Source: the human T2T-CHM13v2.0 reference genome, Homo sapiens
Length of the DNA: 64,000 nucleotides
Assembly (NCBI RefSeq): GCF_009914755.1
Contig: NC_060925.1
Direction: 5' to 3' (one strand)
Each line of letters opens with the position of its first letter. Position 1 is the stretch's first letter. The notes under the pieces are model-generated. The model did no database searches, had not been told where the DNA came from, and worked only from the letters and a program-made list of their open reading frames with translations. The position numbers and the translations under genes are program-made. Positions 26,306 to 40,344 of the stretch are shown here, piece by piece.

Positions 26306-26794
26306 ACAAAGTGAAAGAAGGGAGCTGAGTATGAGGGGAAGATTAGAGGAAGGGAGAGAGAAAGGGGCAGCAGCTAGATTTAAGAACACACCAAGTCCTC
26401 AGCTCTAATCTCAGTCATGATGAAGGGTCCCTGAAGTTATGCCTCAACCATGTTAATTTGGTTCAGAAGGCTCCAAACCACATGCTGGACTTTCATTCTC
26501 AAAAGCAATCCATATGTGCCTTTTGAGAGCCTGGCAGTTATATTCATATGGCATATTTAGATCTTAGCCAAGAATCAGACATAGCTCTCCTTCCCTGTTG
26601 CTTTTCTCCATCATCCTTCCACCTGCCACCCATTTGCTCCATGACTCCTGCCTTTCTCATTTCCTTTCTTGCATGCAAACTAAAAACAAAAACAAAAAGT
26701 CATGTGATTTCTTTGTCCTACTTTTCTCTCCTCTGGTCTGTCTTGTCTCTCTCTGTCTTTTCTGTCTGTCCTTTTCATGTCTCAATCTCTACAG

Positions 26795-26929
26795 AACCTC
26801 CACCAGCTAAAACAGATTCAAACCTTGAAGCAGATGAACGAGCAACTGCAGGCTGAGAACAGGGCCCTGACCCGAGTGGTGGCCAGACTCTCGGAGTCCA
26901 TCGAGTCCTCGGACACCCAGGAGCTCTAG
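26795..26929 (+). CDS. PPP1R12B: PPP1R12B alternative C-terminal leucine-zipper exon, [44 protein letters not shown]
   Basis: Long CT-rich tract then tctctacag|AAC; open in phase 0 for 44 aa to TAG 26927-26929; clearly homologous to the last coding exon. Confidence 0.88.
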   Translation, partial: NLHQLKQIQTLKQMNEQLQAENRALTRVVARLSESIESSDTQEL

Positions 26930-27399
26930 TTCTTGCCCCTACTCTCCAACTCACTTCCCTCCTCCACTACTCCAGGCAGGTTCAGTCTTCTTGTTAGTCC
27001 CAGAAGCTCTGTGCTCATCCCCTCCATCCGAGCCTCCATATGCAGGTTCCTGCAAAGCTTGGTTATCTGCAGATGGAAGCAGCCAGGACTGAGATCATAG
27101 AATGGGACATACCAGCCTAGGTCAAGGGAGGCAGTGAGAGAGACCTCAGCTGGGCTACCAATATATTCATTTGGTAAGGTCACCACATTAGCTTCTCTTC
27201 CCCTGGAGACTGAGTATGAATTTGTTCACTCAGCTACACATAGGTATACACGTGTATGTGCATATACCTGTGTACATGCACATATACATATTTCATTGAC
27301 GGGGTCATTGCCAGATGGAAATTGATCTTTCTTAGCCAATAGCAACCCAAGTCCAACCCACTCCCCTGGAGCAACTGGGGTTGGGCCTTGGGTAACCAA

Positions 27400-27616
27400 G
27401 GGCAGGGGCTCTCAATCTTGGCTGCAAGAAACATCTAGGAGCTTTTAACGTATACCTATGGGTATATTTTAAACATATACATAGCTTTTAACATATACAT
27501 ATAGGGATGTCTGGGTCCATCCCCAAATAATCAGTGGTCTGGGTTGAGACCCAGGCATCAGTATTTTTTCAAACCTCTCCTATTGATTCCTTATACAACC
27601 ATGGTTAAGAACCACA
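27400..27616. mobile_element. MER5-like remnant
   Basis: ctctcaatcttggctgca..cccaggcatcagtatttt..ggttaagaaccac. Confidence 0.5.
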
Positions 27617-28529
27617 GCCCTTTGGATACCAGACAGTCCTCACGGCTGACAACATTACCGATGGAGAGGACTAAAACTCAAGGTTGGAACTGTTCCTGTC
27701 CAGCTCCACTACCAGCAAAAACACTCTGCATCCCATTATTCAAGCATAATTGGATAAGCATTCTTTGCCTCCTTCTGCAGTAGTCTTTGCTTTCTTCTCC
27801 CACCTTAGGAGGCATATCTCTCATTCCCGTCACAAATCTTTGGGCCCTAGGGATGTGCCCCTCCCTGTCCTTAGTGTGTGGGCTGTGAGGCAGAACACAG
27901 CCTATATAAATGAGACCCTCATGGAGCCAGGCCCTCTCTAATGAGGCCAGCTTTGCAAAGGATATGGCAGGCAGTGGAGCAGAGAGCAAGGATTTATTTT
28001 CAACTGAGAACCAAAAATGTGCTTGGCAAACTGGATCCTTTCCCTAGCTATGGATCTGAAAGACAAGCTCACAGACAACTGGTTTTTCTATCTCAAGATG
28101 GTATGATGGGGTCACCACTCCTCTGAGATGAATTTTTAATTGTCAGCAACAATCTAATTAGTCCTGACCAGAGCCTGTTCTTTCTTTCAGCCTATTTGCT
28201 TTTGCCTTCAGGGTTAGTAGCTGGCAACTAATATCCACTAGAACTGAATCACCCGAATTATCATAGGGCTGAGCTAATATCCTGCTGTAGATGCTATCAT
28301 AGGCAGAAAGAAAATTGAAAGGCAAGTTCTACCATGGCCTGGCTGTAAGCAGCCACTGTTAGGTCCAGACTCCATGCTTTAAAGTTAGCCTCAAGATTCC
28401 TGGAAATTTTTACTTAGGCTAAACTAGGGACCCCCCAAAAGGTGTCCCAGTTATTTTTAGTATCCCTTTGTTGCAAGATAGTATAGGATATGGGGCAAAA
28501 CTAGATCTCATGCTTTCAGTAGTTAATAA

Positions 28530-28740
28530 CCTTAACAGTTGTCATTTATTTAAGGCCTGTGCTGAATGCTTTATATAGTTTTTCTCATTTATTCCCCAAA
28601 ACAATTATTGTAAAAATGAAAAAAAAAAAAACTGAGTCACAGATTAAATAACTTGCCCAAGGTCACTCCGAGAGTAAGTGGTAGAACCAAAATTCAAACC
28701 AAATATGTCAGGTTCCAGAGTGCAAACTTTTCACCACTGT
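28530..28740. mobile_element. MIR
   Basis: aaactgag..ttaaataacttgcccaaggtcac core. Confidence 0.7.
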
Positions 28741-28984
28741 AATATAAGCTGTCTGCATATTTGGCACAGTTTTCACCATTTGTTAAGCATGTGGCCCAAA
28801 CAATGCAAGAAGGATCTATTGAGCAACTACACTGTGCCCCCAGCATTGCAGCTGAGGGAGGAAGGGCAGCATTCTGCTTTCTGAGCACTGTGACTTCCTT
28901 GTCAAAGCCTAACTTCTAAAGAGCCATTTACCTACCAAAAGATTTTGCTGCTGTAAAGAAAGCCATTGCCTGGTACATGACCAT

Positions 28985-29300
28985 AGCAAGGGTTAGCAAA
29001 CTGTGACCCACCACCAGTATGGCCCATAAGCCATACAAATAGTCAAAAAAGAAATCAAAAGAAGAATAATATTTTACGACATATGAACACGAACATTATA
29101 TGGAATTTAAATTTCAATGTCCAAAATAAAAGTTTTATTGGAACTGAACCAAACTCATTTGTTTACATATTATTGTTATGTCTATGGGTGCTTTTGTGCT
29201 ACAACAGCAGAGCTGAGGAGTAGCAACAGAGACTGTTTGACCTGCAAACCCTAAGATACTTATTGTCTGGCATTTTACAGAAAAAGCTTGCCGATTCTTG
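28985..29300. mobile_element. MER58-like DNA transposon
   Basis: gggttagcaaact..ttttattggaac..actcatttgtttacatatt..tttacagaaaaag. Confidence 0.7.
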
Positions 29301-32267
29301 CCAGAAGGAAGGATGAGATAACTAAGCCAAACTGGCAGTGCAGTCGAGAGATTTTACTCTACCTTTTTTTTTTTTTAATAGTTCCCTGGAAAAATCATCT
29401 TATCTCAGCATGTAGAGCAAACCACTTACCAACAAAATACCAGAGGGGACTCCCTTCCCACTTTCCTTGTAGTTAAAAGCAAGACAGCTCATGCAAGACT
29501 CATCCTGAGTCCCTCTCAACCTACAGCTAGCCTTGCTCTAGGTCTCTGAAGCTTTAGGACCCCTGTAGCCCCTTCCTCTTTAACACATTCCTCAAAGACT
29601 GTAAGAAGTAACAGTTGAGAAATGTGTACTTAATTTTATTTGCCCAGGGTATCTTTAACACCAAATTGTGGTAAGCTGGGAACTTAAAAATTAAGAAACT
29701 AAGATCCAGAGAGTTAAAATGATAAAGCTTTGCTAAACTTCATACTTATATCGTACTTTCACATATTTTCTTATTTAACCATTCTTTAACTTCAAGTGGA
29801 TATCAGATAACACTGTTCATTTCCCCCTCTCTCTGCTGAGATTGAACTTTGTGGGGCTTCCCCCGCCCCTTGATTTCTACATTCCACCTCTTAACACTTT
29901 TTGCCACTCCCTTTAGATGTCAATTGTAGCATGTTGCAGCTGCAAAACTGCCTTGTCCAAATTTTTTTTTCAAGGAATTGACTTCTTAATGTGGAAATAA
30001 ATCACTAAAACTCTACAAGACTCTACAAGTTGTTTATACATTTTTTAAGGCAGCTTAGTTCTGATTTGATGAGCTGCTAAGCAGTGAAATGTAATCCATT
30101 GCCATATATAGCTTCTTCCTACCTATTATGGAAATGTGGCTTTCGTCTCACTTATACCCAAGCTGCAGCCCCAGCATGGGGCGTTAAAGAGCAGATTGAA
30201 CACGGAAACATGAGGCCACCCTGGGTTTTTTCTAAAAATCTCATTGAAATGAGTTTCCAAGCATTCAGTCTGGTAGGCAAGGCTACAGGGATAGAGGAAC
30301 GAAGGAGAGGGCAGCCAGAGCTGCTTTGATTAAATCAGAGGTAGGAGACCAGGGTCAAAGGACTGCAACTTTATTTTTATATTTTCTGGATTAAGTCTTC
30401 TTAATAAAGTTTGCAGATTATTTGCCTGCCCTCCCACAGTCATGAGAAAACTCACAGTGATTGTAGGAACACTCAGTATCGCAAAGCTCATTATGTATGT
30501 CAACACACTTCCACATCTGTTACCTCCTGTGAGCCTTGCAGAGTCCCTACCATACGAGAGAGTAGGACAGGGACTGTTGTTCTTACGGAAGTACAAAAAT
30601 GGAAATGCAGAGAAGGCGAGTGATCTGCCTAAAGTAATAGATCACTAGTGACAAAGACAATGCTGGAATTTCAGTTTCTAGGCGTCAAACATTTTTGGTG
30701 TTTTGTTTTCCATCCCACGTGTAATAAAAGAATGATCTTTGGAGTCAGGCACACTGGGATTCAATATTAGCTTTGCTGGGTGCCTTGAACTAGTTATGGC
30801 ACTTTTCATTTCCCCATTTGTAGAAATCGGGATAACAACTGTATCATAGTCTCATGAGGCACTAGGGAGACCCTCTAGCACAGTGCCATCCACATTATAG
30901 ATATTCAGTAATTTTCTTTTTATTTCCCTGATACAAATTATTTATGTATCTGTGATTCATATTTGTGTACATACACATATATTTATATAATTTAACCTAT
31001 ATCTTCTCTGAGAGATCAAGGAAACAGATTATATTCCTTAAGGCACAGTTAGATCTCCTAAGTGGTTAATAGCAGAGCCAGAGCTAGAACTAAATAGGCC
31101 TCATAACACCTCAGCACAGGTCACCCTTTACTGGGGGCATTACCTGCCCCTGGGGTCCTATAGGTTGAAATGACTAGTCAAAGGACACCTGTATTGAACA
31201 GATACAGATGTAGCTTTCTGTAGCCTGCATAGTGGCGATGTACTTACCTGCTATCCTAAATCGCTCTTGCTGCCAGTGGGACCCACACATAAACTGTACC
31301 CTTATCAACATCCCATTAGGATTTTTCAGATGCACAGCGTACTTGTTGAAAGTGCCTGATCATGTAACAAAGACTTGAACTTCCAGGATGGAACTTGAGG
31401 CTATTTTTCCTTTTTTTCACAAGTTAGACAACAGTATGTGTAATGTTCCAGGATAGCAGAACTAATAAAATTGAGTTTCCACTCCCTTCCCTGCCCAACA
31501 AGCATCTATTTCTGTGAATTACAATGCCATCCCCTAAAACTGCTGATGAGGCCTCTGGGTATCCTTTGGTGACTGTCAGTGGGGAGCTTTGGGGAGGATT
31601 AAATACATGCCTAGTGTTCACTGTGCCTCACAGCTCTGTGAGTGTAAGTTTTCTGAGTTTTAATTGTTGAAAGTGGATATGTATAGTATGACCAGTGAGA
31701 ATTTGGAGGATTATTCACCGAAGGCACCAAGTGGAGGATGCTTAAATCATCTTGTGCATATGGCAAGAAAGCCGAGTACTGCCTCTCTGGCCTTTGCTCT
31801 TGTTTTTGATGAGATGTGAAGCAGTATCCTCCTTTAACTCTTCTAGTTGACCACCACCCCCTTTCTGAATTCTTTCCCTATGTCCTCACCAGCCCATTTT
31901 GGCTCTCTCCCCAATTTCTTTAGGGGTGAGTTTAAGGGCAGGAGAAATTGAAAGTGGTTACTGATTCAGTAGAATGAAAGGATATACAGTGTGAAATGTG
32001 AGGTCTGCCTATGAAGAAATAAGATATTACTGCTAAATATGCCAGCTCAAAAGATGGAGTGGCTATAATCTCCCTAAAGATTAACATTACCAACTCAATA
32101 AAAAGGAAGATTGAAGGGAATTTCATCCCTGGGAGAAGGGACCATGAGAGTTTATTCCACACATTGTCTCAAAAGGCCCTGCTCACCAGGCTGGCCTGGC
32201 CTGGTCAGGGAGGGCCAAGGAGGATCCTGCCAGGCTCTAACTCACCTTTCCCTCTGTCACCCTACAG

Positions 32268-32354
32268 GTGTTAACAGAACTGAAATCCGACAACCAGAGG
32301 CTGAAAGATGAAAATGGTGCCCTCATCAGAGTCATCAGCAAACTGTCCAAGTAG
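32268..32354 (+). CDS. PPP1R12B: PPP1R12B last coding exon, leucine zipper [28 protein letters not shown]
   Basis: Branch point CTCTAAC 32235-32241, ccctacag|GTG, TAG 32352-32354; canonical MYPT C-terminus [14 protein letters not shown]. Confidence 0.97.
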   Translation: MLTELKSDNQRLKDENGALIRVISKLSK

Positions 32355-34398
32355 GCTAGGCTCCAGATTTATGAGGAAAGAAAGGGACAGCATTTGCTGC
32401 CCCCACCCCTCTTTTCCAGTCCTTGCCTTCCAACCAAAAGAAATGGATGTTTTGGTGGAAGGACACTTCTTTCTATCACCCTCTTCAGTCACCTCTATAC
32501 ACTCTACATTTTCTCTGCACTTTCAATGCCCTGTTCTTCCAAACCCCTATCCCAAGTTTTATGACAGTTTTAATTGAAGCATGATTGTGGTAATTCGAGC
32601 CATCTGGAGAATGCTCTGGGGAGTACACCAGGCTCAGCTGTGGACCCCTCAACTTCCTGCTGCTCAGCTACTTTGTCCACATTGGATTTGGTCCAAACAT
32701 GTAAGACTTCTACCCTAATCAGTATCCTTCAGCTTTTTACATTAACCCAGTGTCCTCTGATATAGGTGAGTCTTGTGGTAGCCACTCCAGGATCCTGATT
32801 GGGGTGCCAAGAGAAACAGCAGGATGTTGAATTGATCATCAGATGCCCTCTGGAATGGTTAGCATCCAAGGTGACAGTGACTGCATTGAGGCGCTCTATT
32901 CTTCTTCACCTCTCAGGAACTGACTTTTATTTTTTCTATCAACACCCAGTAATCTCCCTAACTAGTTTTAACCCTTATTCCTCCCTCATACCTAGCCATT
33001 TCTCCAAGGCGCAAATGGCCCTGGCTTCATTTATTCCTTTCCTTTCTATCCTTTTATATTTTTCCCTTCCCCACCCCCTCACTCAATGGTATAAAAGCTA
33101 GGACAGAGCACCTGACCTCAGTTGTCTTTGGCCATTGTGGGAAGTCATTATTCTGGAGACAAGAAAATCATCACTCTGGTGCCTTGGTGGCAGCACCACT
33201 GCCTGCTCCCTGAAAGGTAGACTATGGCATAAGTGTCAGCTCATTGTTTTCGTCTCCCACTTATCTTCCCCCTTCAAAGTGATTTTCTTTATAAGAAAAT
33301 TTGGGCTCTGAATACTCCATTCTGCCTCACTTCCTTGACCTTGTTTTCCTCTCTTCGCCCTGACACCTGCTTCTAATGAGAAATGAAGTCAGTGCAAGGA
33401 GGAATGAGAGGTGGGGAGGGGAGATTGTTGAGAGATGGACTAGGAAGTGGAAGCAGGCTGGAAAGACACATATGGCGAAAGTCAAGTATCTGAGGCCACT
33501 TGCAACATTGTGACAAAGAAGATGGAAGATAGCAGCCTACTGGGCTGTGAGAATAGTGGTGAATTTGATTATTTCCAGTGGTTAGATTTAGCAGAGAGAT
33601 TTACTTTCTTAGAAATTAATAGGGGAAATGGCACTTAATAGAGGTTTAATGGAATGAAGTACTTTCAACCCATTGATGAGAGTCATGGAAGTTTAGAGTG
33701 GCAAGACCCAGAGGTCATTAGGTCCAGCTTTCTATTGTTGTGTCACAGGGACCCCTGCTACCACAGCTTTCACCCATGGGCATGGTCAGGTAGCCTCTGG
33801 TGGCTATGCATTTATTACTCAAAAGTTGGGCAACTCTAATAACGAGAGAGTTTTTCCTCATATCAGCTGAAGTCTGCCTGTGGATTCTCCTTGTAGTCCA
33901 GATCTACTATCTGCAACTCTTTAACGGCACTTGAGATATGTGCAGTGGGTGGTCTCCCCCTCAGTCTTACTTTGAGCTGCTGTTACTCTAGTCCTTTAAG
34001 TCATTCCTCATATGGCATGCTTTTCTTACCTGTCACATCTTGGCCATCCTCCTCTAGACAAAACCAGCCTTTAAAATATCATGTCCAGGCCTGGAAAGAA
34101 TACAAATCCAGTGCAAAATTAAACCATTAGTTCTTGATGATAACCTAGCATTAATACTTACAGTATTTTCTTTTTGTAGGAGTTTTATCCCTTGGTTCAC
34201 TTGAGTGTGCAAGTCATTAAATCCTCATCATTTTAGGGTTGCCAGTGATATTCAGTGTTTAGAGTGGTTCATTCCCTTAATATATACTACCTCTGTCTGT
34301 TAATTCTTTCCTAACATGACATGTAGCTCTCCATGGTCCTCCCTCTGAAACACCACATGCTGTTTAAACTAGAAGCTGTAATTCAAGATCCCAATTCC

Positions 34399-34855
<457 letters not shown>

Positions 34856-36823
34856 TCAGTTCTCAGGGAATGCTAAATTAGAGTAATAAGTTTTATATCC
34901 TTCATTCTGGGAGAGGAAATCAACATAAGGTGTTGACTAATTGATTATCCTGGAACATTTTGAATATCGGGGAAGGAAGATGATACTTCTTTCTCAAGAA
35001 AAGAAAATTGGATTATTAGGAATACATCTTGACCCTTTTCCACTCAATAGACCAGGGAAAGGGGTTACAGAGAGCCTCCTCAGATCTGTTTGTGCCTTTC
35101 AAAAGTACTGGGGGCAGATTCTCAAAACTCTTAGATTGGTGTTGCATCCCTGCCACTTCACATGACCCTTCCATGTTAAAGCTGACTTTTCTTGCCAGAA
35201 AGTTTTCCTTGTGACAAGAAATTTGCAAGCTTTTCAATCTCAGGAATACTGGATTCTATAGCCAAGAACTCATGAAAGTAAGTGTAAACTATCCTAGGTA
35301 ATTTCAGGTACTTTCTCTTATGCAATTAATTTTATTAACTGATTTCTGGTCTATCTCCAGAGATAAAATACCATTCCTTCACAACTGTATTGTCTGGAAG
35401 CCCCATGAGATGGTAATTATAGGCCTTCTACTAGCCAGCAGTTCTCTCTGGATACTGGCATCAGCAGGTCTCCTTTTTCTTGTGCTGCTTGGACAGGTAC
35501 CTACCGCTGGCCTCTTCAGTGGCCACAATCCTCAGTCCTCACCTGCTGGTTTGGAGACTCATGAGCACCCCAGGCAGCTCAAGCTGAATAAATAGCTGCA
35601 GACATGGCCAACAACATGGGGCTCAGGTCTGTCACTTAACTTAGAGTCTTTACATGAAATATCAGAATGGGAAAGAGAATGTTCCTGGTAAAACTCTGTT
35701 TTCATTAATTTGTTATTTTTCAAAAACCGAGCCACACCTTTGGAAGTAATGATTTGGCCATTCCAGAGATTCTGGGGCTAAAGTTTGTTTTTCCAGGGCT
35801 GCTGATCCTTTTCCAGATAGCTCCAGAGTATGATGACCCCAGCCCCATCCCAATCTCTAGCGAAAGGGTTATGCAAATCTCAGGGTGTTGCCTCTAAAGA
35901 ATCTAAAGAATAGACATGCTTTGGGCTTACTCAGTGTACCAGATTCTCTAGTGGGCCATTCTCATTTGATGTTCCCTAGAACCTCCCTGTCTTCCAACTG
36001 CAGGATGTGTTTACTTCTCTTCTGGGCTTCCCCTGGTTTCTGTCCTAGTTCCCACCCCAAGTTTAAGAAGACTTAGATTCATTTATTGCTATCTGAGGCC
36101 ACTAGTGAGATTTCAGATCTCTCTTTTGCAACATTTTACCCATTTCCCTTCCCCAAACCATGTGCTTATTAGATGGTTCCACTCAGGAAGCAAGGAAGCT
36201 AAAACTCAAGTTAATGGTCTGTGGATCCCACGAAAGTGTGTGTAAACTACTGACTGTTTCTCCACTAGAGGCATTTAATTGAGCCAAAGATGATGGAAGA
36301 AGAAACTCTCAAAGCCATGTACTTTGTTAGGTGTCTGGATTTTTGGCCTGTTTGCAGCCTCTCCTAGCCACAGACAGACACTGTCTCCTCTCAGAGAAAG
36401 GCCAGTGTTTCGGTCCAGGCCACTGGTGAGTGTCGGCACCCTTGAGGTGGGCATGGAGTGAGCAGAAGAAGCCTGGAGAAGAGAGAACTATTTAAAAGTG
36501 TTGCCAGTTATTCAGCTTCCAGGCGGCTTTGCACCTCCAAAGGTGCAAAAAGGAAAAAGAAAGCAGAAAGGATTCAGCATTTAAGCAGAAAGAAAAGGGA
36601 AATTCTACTCTACCAGATGAGCCACTGGTTCCACTGGAGCTTATCAGTGAAGTAACACTGCAGGAGCCCTGGTATCCTTCCCTCAGAGATATCATCAGGG
36701 GCCCTCAAACCCCATTGTTTATGCCAGCACTGACCGCACTTTAAGCACACACTTACCAATCAGAGGTCGTGTAATTGGCCTAAATCTAGGCCCAGTTATT
36801 ACTACAAATCTTAGTCACCATAC

Positions 36824-37090
36824 TCTCTCGCCCAGGCTGGAGTGCAGTGGTGTGATCTCAGCTCACTGCAACCTCCACCTCCCAGGCTCAAGGGATCCTC
36901 TCACCTCAGCTCCCGAGCAGCTAGGACTGCAGGTGTGCACCACCATGCCCAGCTAATTTTTGAATTTTTTTGTAGAGATGGGGTTTTGCCATGTTGCCCA
37001 GGCTGGTCTGAAGCTGCTGGGCTCAAGCAATCCACCTGGCTGGGCCTCCCAAAGCGATAGGATTACAGGCGTAAGGGCCCACGCCCAGCC
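36824..37090 (-). mobile_element. Alu (AluJ-like, tail missing) in the PPP1R12B 3'UTR
   Basis: ctctcgcccaggctggagtgcagtgg..gccacgcccagcc-like end. Confidence 0.88.
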
Positions 37091-37189
37091 TACCATACTG
37101 ATTTTCAAGGCAGGGTCTAACCCTTCATAAGATGTGAGTTCTTCCAACCCAATAAGCAGGCAGCTTTGAGGACAAAAAGGCAACATTAA

Positions 37190-37325
37190 AAGATAAGACC
37201 CTAGAAGTCAGAACATCTGTATTCCAAGGCCACCCCTTCTCCTTTTAGTCATGTGACTTTGGGCAGGTCACCCTCCCTGTCTGTAAAATGAGGTTGGACT
37301 GGATAATCTTTATGTGCCCTTTCCT
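37190..37325. mobile_element. MIR fragment
   Basis: tgtgactttgggcaggtcac..tctgtaaaatgagg. Confidence 0.65.
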
Positions 37326-40300
37326 TTTGGCTTAAAATTCTGTGATTTATTCATTCTTAGGAAGATCAGCATATTTATTGGGATTTCTGCTTCAAAAATT
37401 CTTTCTAACCTCAAAAATCCAAGTCCAGAATTTTTTGTTTTCTTCTGGATTTAAACTGTTTAATATGAGCACATCAAGGTTGACTTCTCATCCTTTTTGG
37501 GAAGTGAATTTAATATTGAGGGTAATTGAATGATGTTGCAATGGCTTTCCCTCCTGCTGGCTTGGTAAGAATATTAAAGCCTGCAGAGGTGGAAATTGGA
37601 GCTCATGGAGAAATGGATAGAAAGCAATTTGTTGCAGGCAGCCTTTGGACAAGTTGTTTTAATAGGAAATAGACCTGCTGCTTCATAGGTTTCCTCAACC
37701 ACCTTTCCTCAGCTTTCTTAAAATGGGATCTACATTGGCTCTTCACACCCAAATAGCAGACTAATCGTTTTTCTGCTTAGCACCGTCTGGTTCATTGTCT
37801 TGAACTCTGCCTTATAGCAGCAAGAAAATTTTCCTCGACAAGAACCTCAATCTTTAGTTCCATTGAGCTCCCCCTCTGGATTTTGGACTTACCAGAAGTA
37901 GGAGGTTCTGATACCATTCAAGATGGTCTTTCCTTCAAAGCAGGTCTGAAGAGGAGACTACCAAAGCAGTGTTTACAAACCCAGAGTCCACACAACCATA
38001 TTGCATAGAACAGCACTTGGCTTTCACAAGCCTCCTACAGGACCTGGTGTAATTGGAGTGAAAGGGCAGAGACCCTGGAAGTGGAGGTGGCTGTGTGCTG
38101 CGATGGGAAGAAGGCAGAAGGCCCAGGGGCTTTGGACATAGAGCAGGGTGGAAGCTGCAAGTACTGGGAAGGAAGAGAGTTTCACAGAAACAAAGCTTTG
38201 TCACACAGAAATGAGTTCTGTCTCACTGGTGACTTCATCCCTCAGGCTCCAGCTGAGCAGAGATTTTAATCAGCTTCCTTAATGGGTATTGACACTGCTC
38301 AGGAAGCAGTAGACCCTGTCAGGGACAGCTATTGATCTTTTGTGTTCTGATTAGATTGGAAAATAGATCAACTTCATTGTAGTCCAGGAACTGTTGGTCA
38401 CAGCTACTAGGAATGAGGTGATTTCTGAGGGCTGAGAAAAAACACAGAATCTTGGCCAGCAGCCAGCAGCTGCATGGTGAAAGATGCATTCACTTCTCCT
38501 TTGAGAGTTGGGGTTGAGGGCAAACATAGAACCCAGGTTTGGCTTACAACCCAGTGTCCCGGAAGCCCTCCTTCGGGAGAACTGTAAGTAAGAGGTGGGT
38601 GTGTCTAAAGACAATACCATTAATGAATGTTCTGGCCTTACCTAAAAAGGTTTAGCAATTTGGGGATAACTCTTGGATCTAGCTTATGTGCGTTCACATG
38701 CACATTTGCTAGCCCAGAGCTTTTAAAATGAGGTCTGGCATATACTTGATTACAAATGAAAACTCAGAAACCAATTTTATTTATTAAATCATATCTTTTG
38801 TTTTTCCCCCTCCCTTCTAATCCCCCAAAGGACCTATTTGAGCTGTTCCCCAATTCATCTGCTTATTTTGGACCATGAATCTGCCAGAGTGATATTTTCT
38901 GTTATTTCTCCTCCAAATTTTTCCCTGATGTTTCCAATAAAGATTTACTTGGGTGGCCCCTTAAGGTGACATCAGGATGCTCTTATGTCCTTCCAGAATA
39001 AGCATACACTTCACTCCTCTCCCTTTCATCTCCCTCTGCATTCTTAATTCCTTGCTTTTCTCACTTGGAGCCGAGGGTGCTTTAGAGAGGTGGTTTTCCA
39101 TGAATCAGCCAAGATTCCTGTAGAAGTTGGGTATACCAACCACCACCACCACCGCCCCCTATTCCAGTTTCAAAGCTCCTCGGCTATGCTAATGTCCCCT
39201 CAGAGATGAGGTTTGACTTTTAGGCCCGTATGACTCCTCCATAGCCTGGCCAAGGAGACCATGAGTAGCCATGTCTGGTTTACTCTTTATCCTGAGACTG
39301 TTTGTTTATAGCTTAAAACAGAAGTGTGTCTTCCCAGCACAAACCTAATCAATCAGTGTATCAGTGCATCTGGTGGCAACAGCTCAGCCCATTCAAAGAG
39401 CAAGGATTCAGGAAAGGCACACTGATGGTGGGGAGCCTCTTAAGAGCCTCTAATGTTCTCCCAAAACCAGAGTTGAGAGTCGGAGTGCCAGTCGTCGGGG
39501 CCCACTATTCCTGAATAAGGGACATGCAAGGGCCAGAAGTAGCTTGACTCTCGCCTAAATATCTGTGCCTTTGCCTGTCCTTTCTCCCACTCTACTGAAA
39601 CCCGGAACAGATTCCCGCTTGCCTTCTGATGAAGAGAGGTTAGGTAAAGAGAGTTTGGAGGAAAAAAGACACCAGGAGGCAGGCTGTGGGGTAGGAGAGG
39701 GTTCTGAGAGGAGGCAGCAATCCAGAATACCTCCTTTTCTAGCCAGCATCCCTTGAACTTTTGAAAGGTTGTGCCTACCACTGGCTGGCACACCAGGGCA
39801 ATGATTTCCCTGCAGAAGGAAGGAAAGAATGTTTCACCCTTGCATCCTTCTTGGAGAAGCTACAGCCTGTGCTCAGTTGAGTGGTTCACACTCAGACTTT
39901 GGCTTTATGGTTTTCCTTCCTCCTTGTCTTTGCCCTGACCTTGATCAACAGGGGTGAAAAGAACCACCCTGAGGTTTCCATGCCTCTCCCATTTTAGTGG
40001 TAGCATTTTGTGTCTTTACTCCACCCTTCACCCTAGTTCCACCAAGGTTCACACACCAGATGTAACTGTTTTTCAGCTGAGTTGTATGGATTAACTTCAG
40101 TCCACTGTAAATACACCTGGGATGGGGTGGGGTTGGGGTTGTTTAGGGAGAAGCAGCCAGACTTGCTTTGTGAACTGAATGTATTTTTATGCAATTTTGA
40201 GTGGCCTTTCAACCCTAAGATGAATGGTTTTGTTTTACTGGTTGTTGTTATATAGTTTTGAGTATTCTGTGTTTGAAAGTTTGGGAATAATAATATTCAC

Positions 40301-40344
40301 TTCTATATGATGCCTGTAAACACAACAGTATTTATAAATGAGTA

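Noticed and set aside
27237-27292. Self-complementary TACACA/TGTGTA stretch resembling a pre-miRNA
   Set aside because: Low-complexity purine-pyrimidine alternation self-pairs trivially; the stem is short and imperfect.
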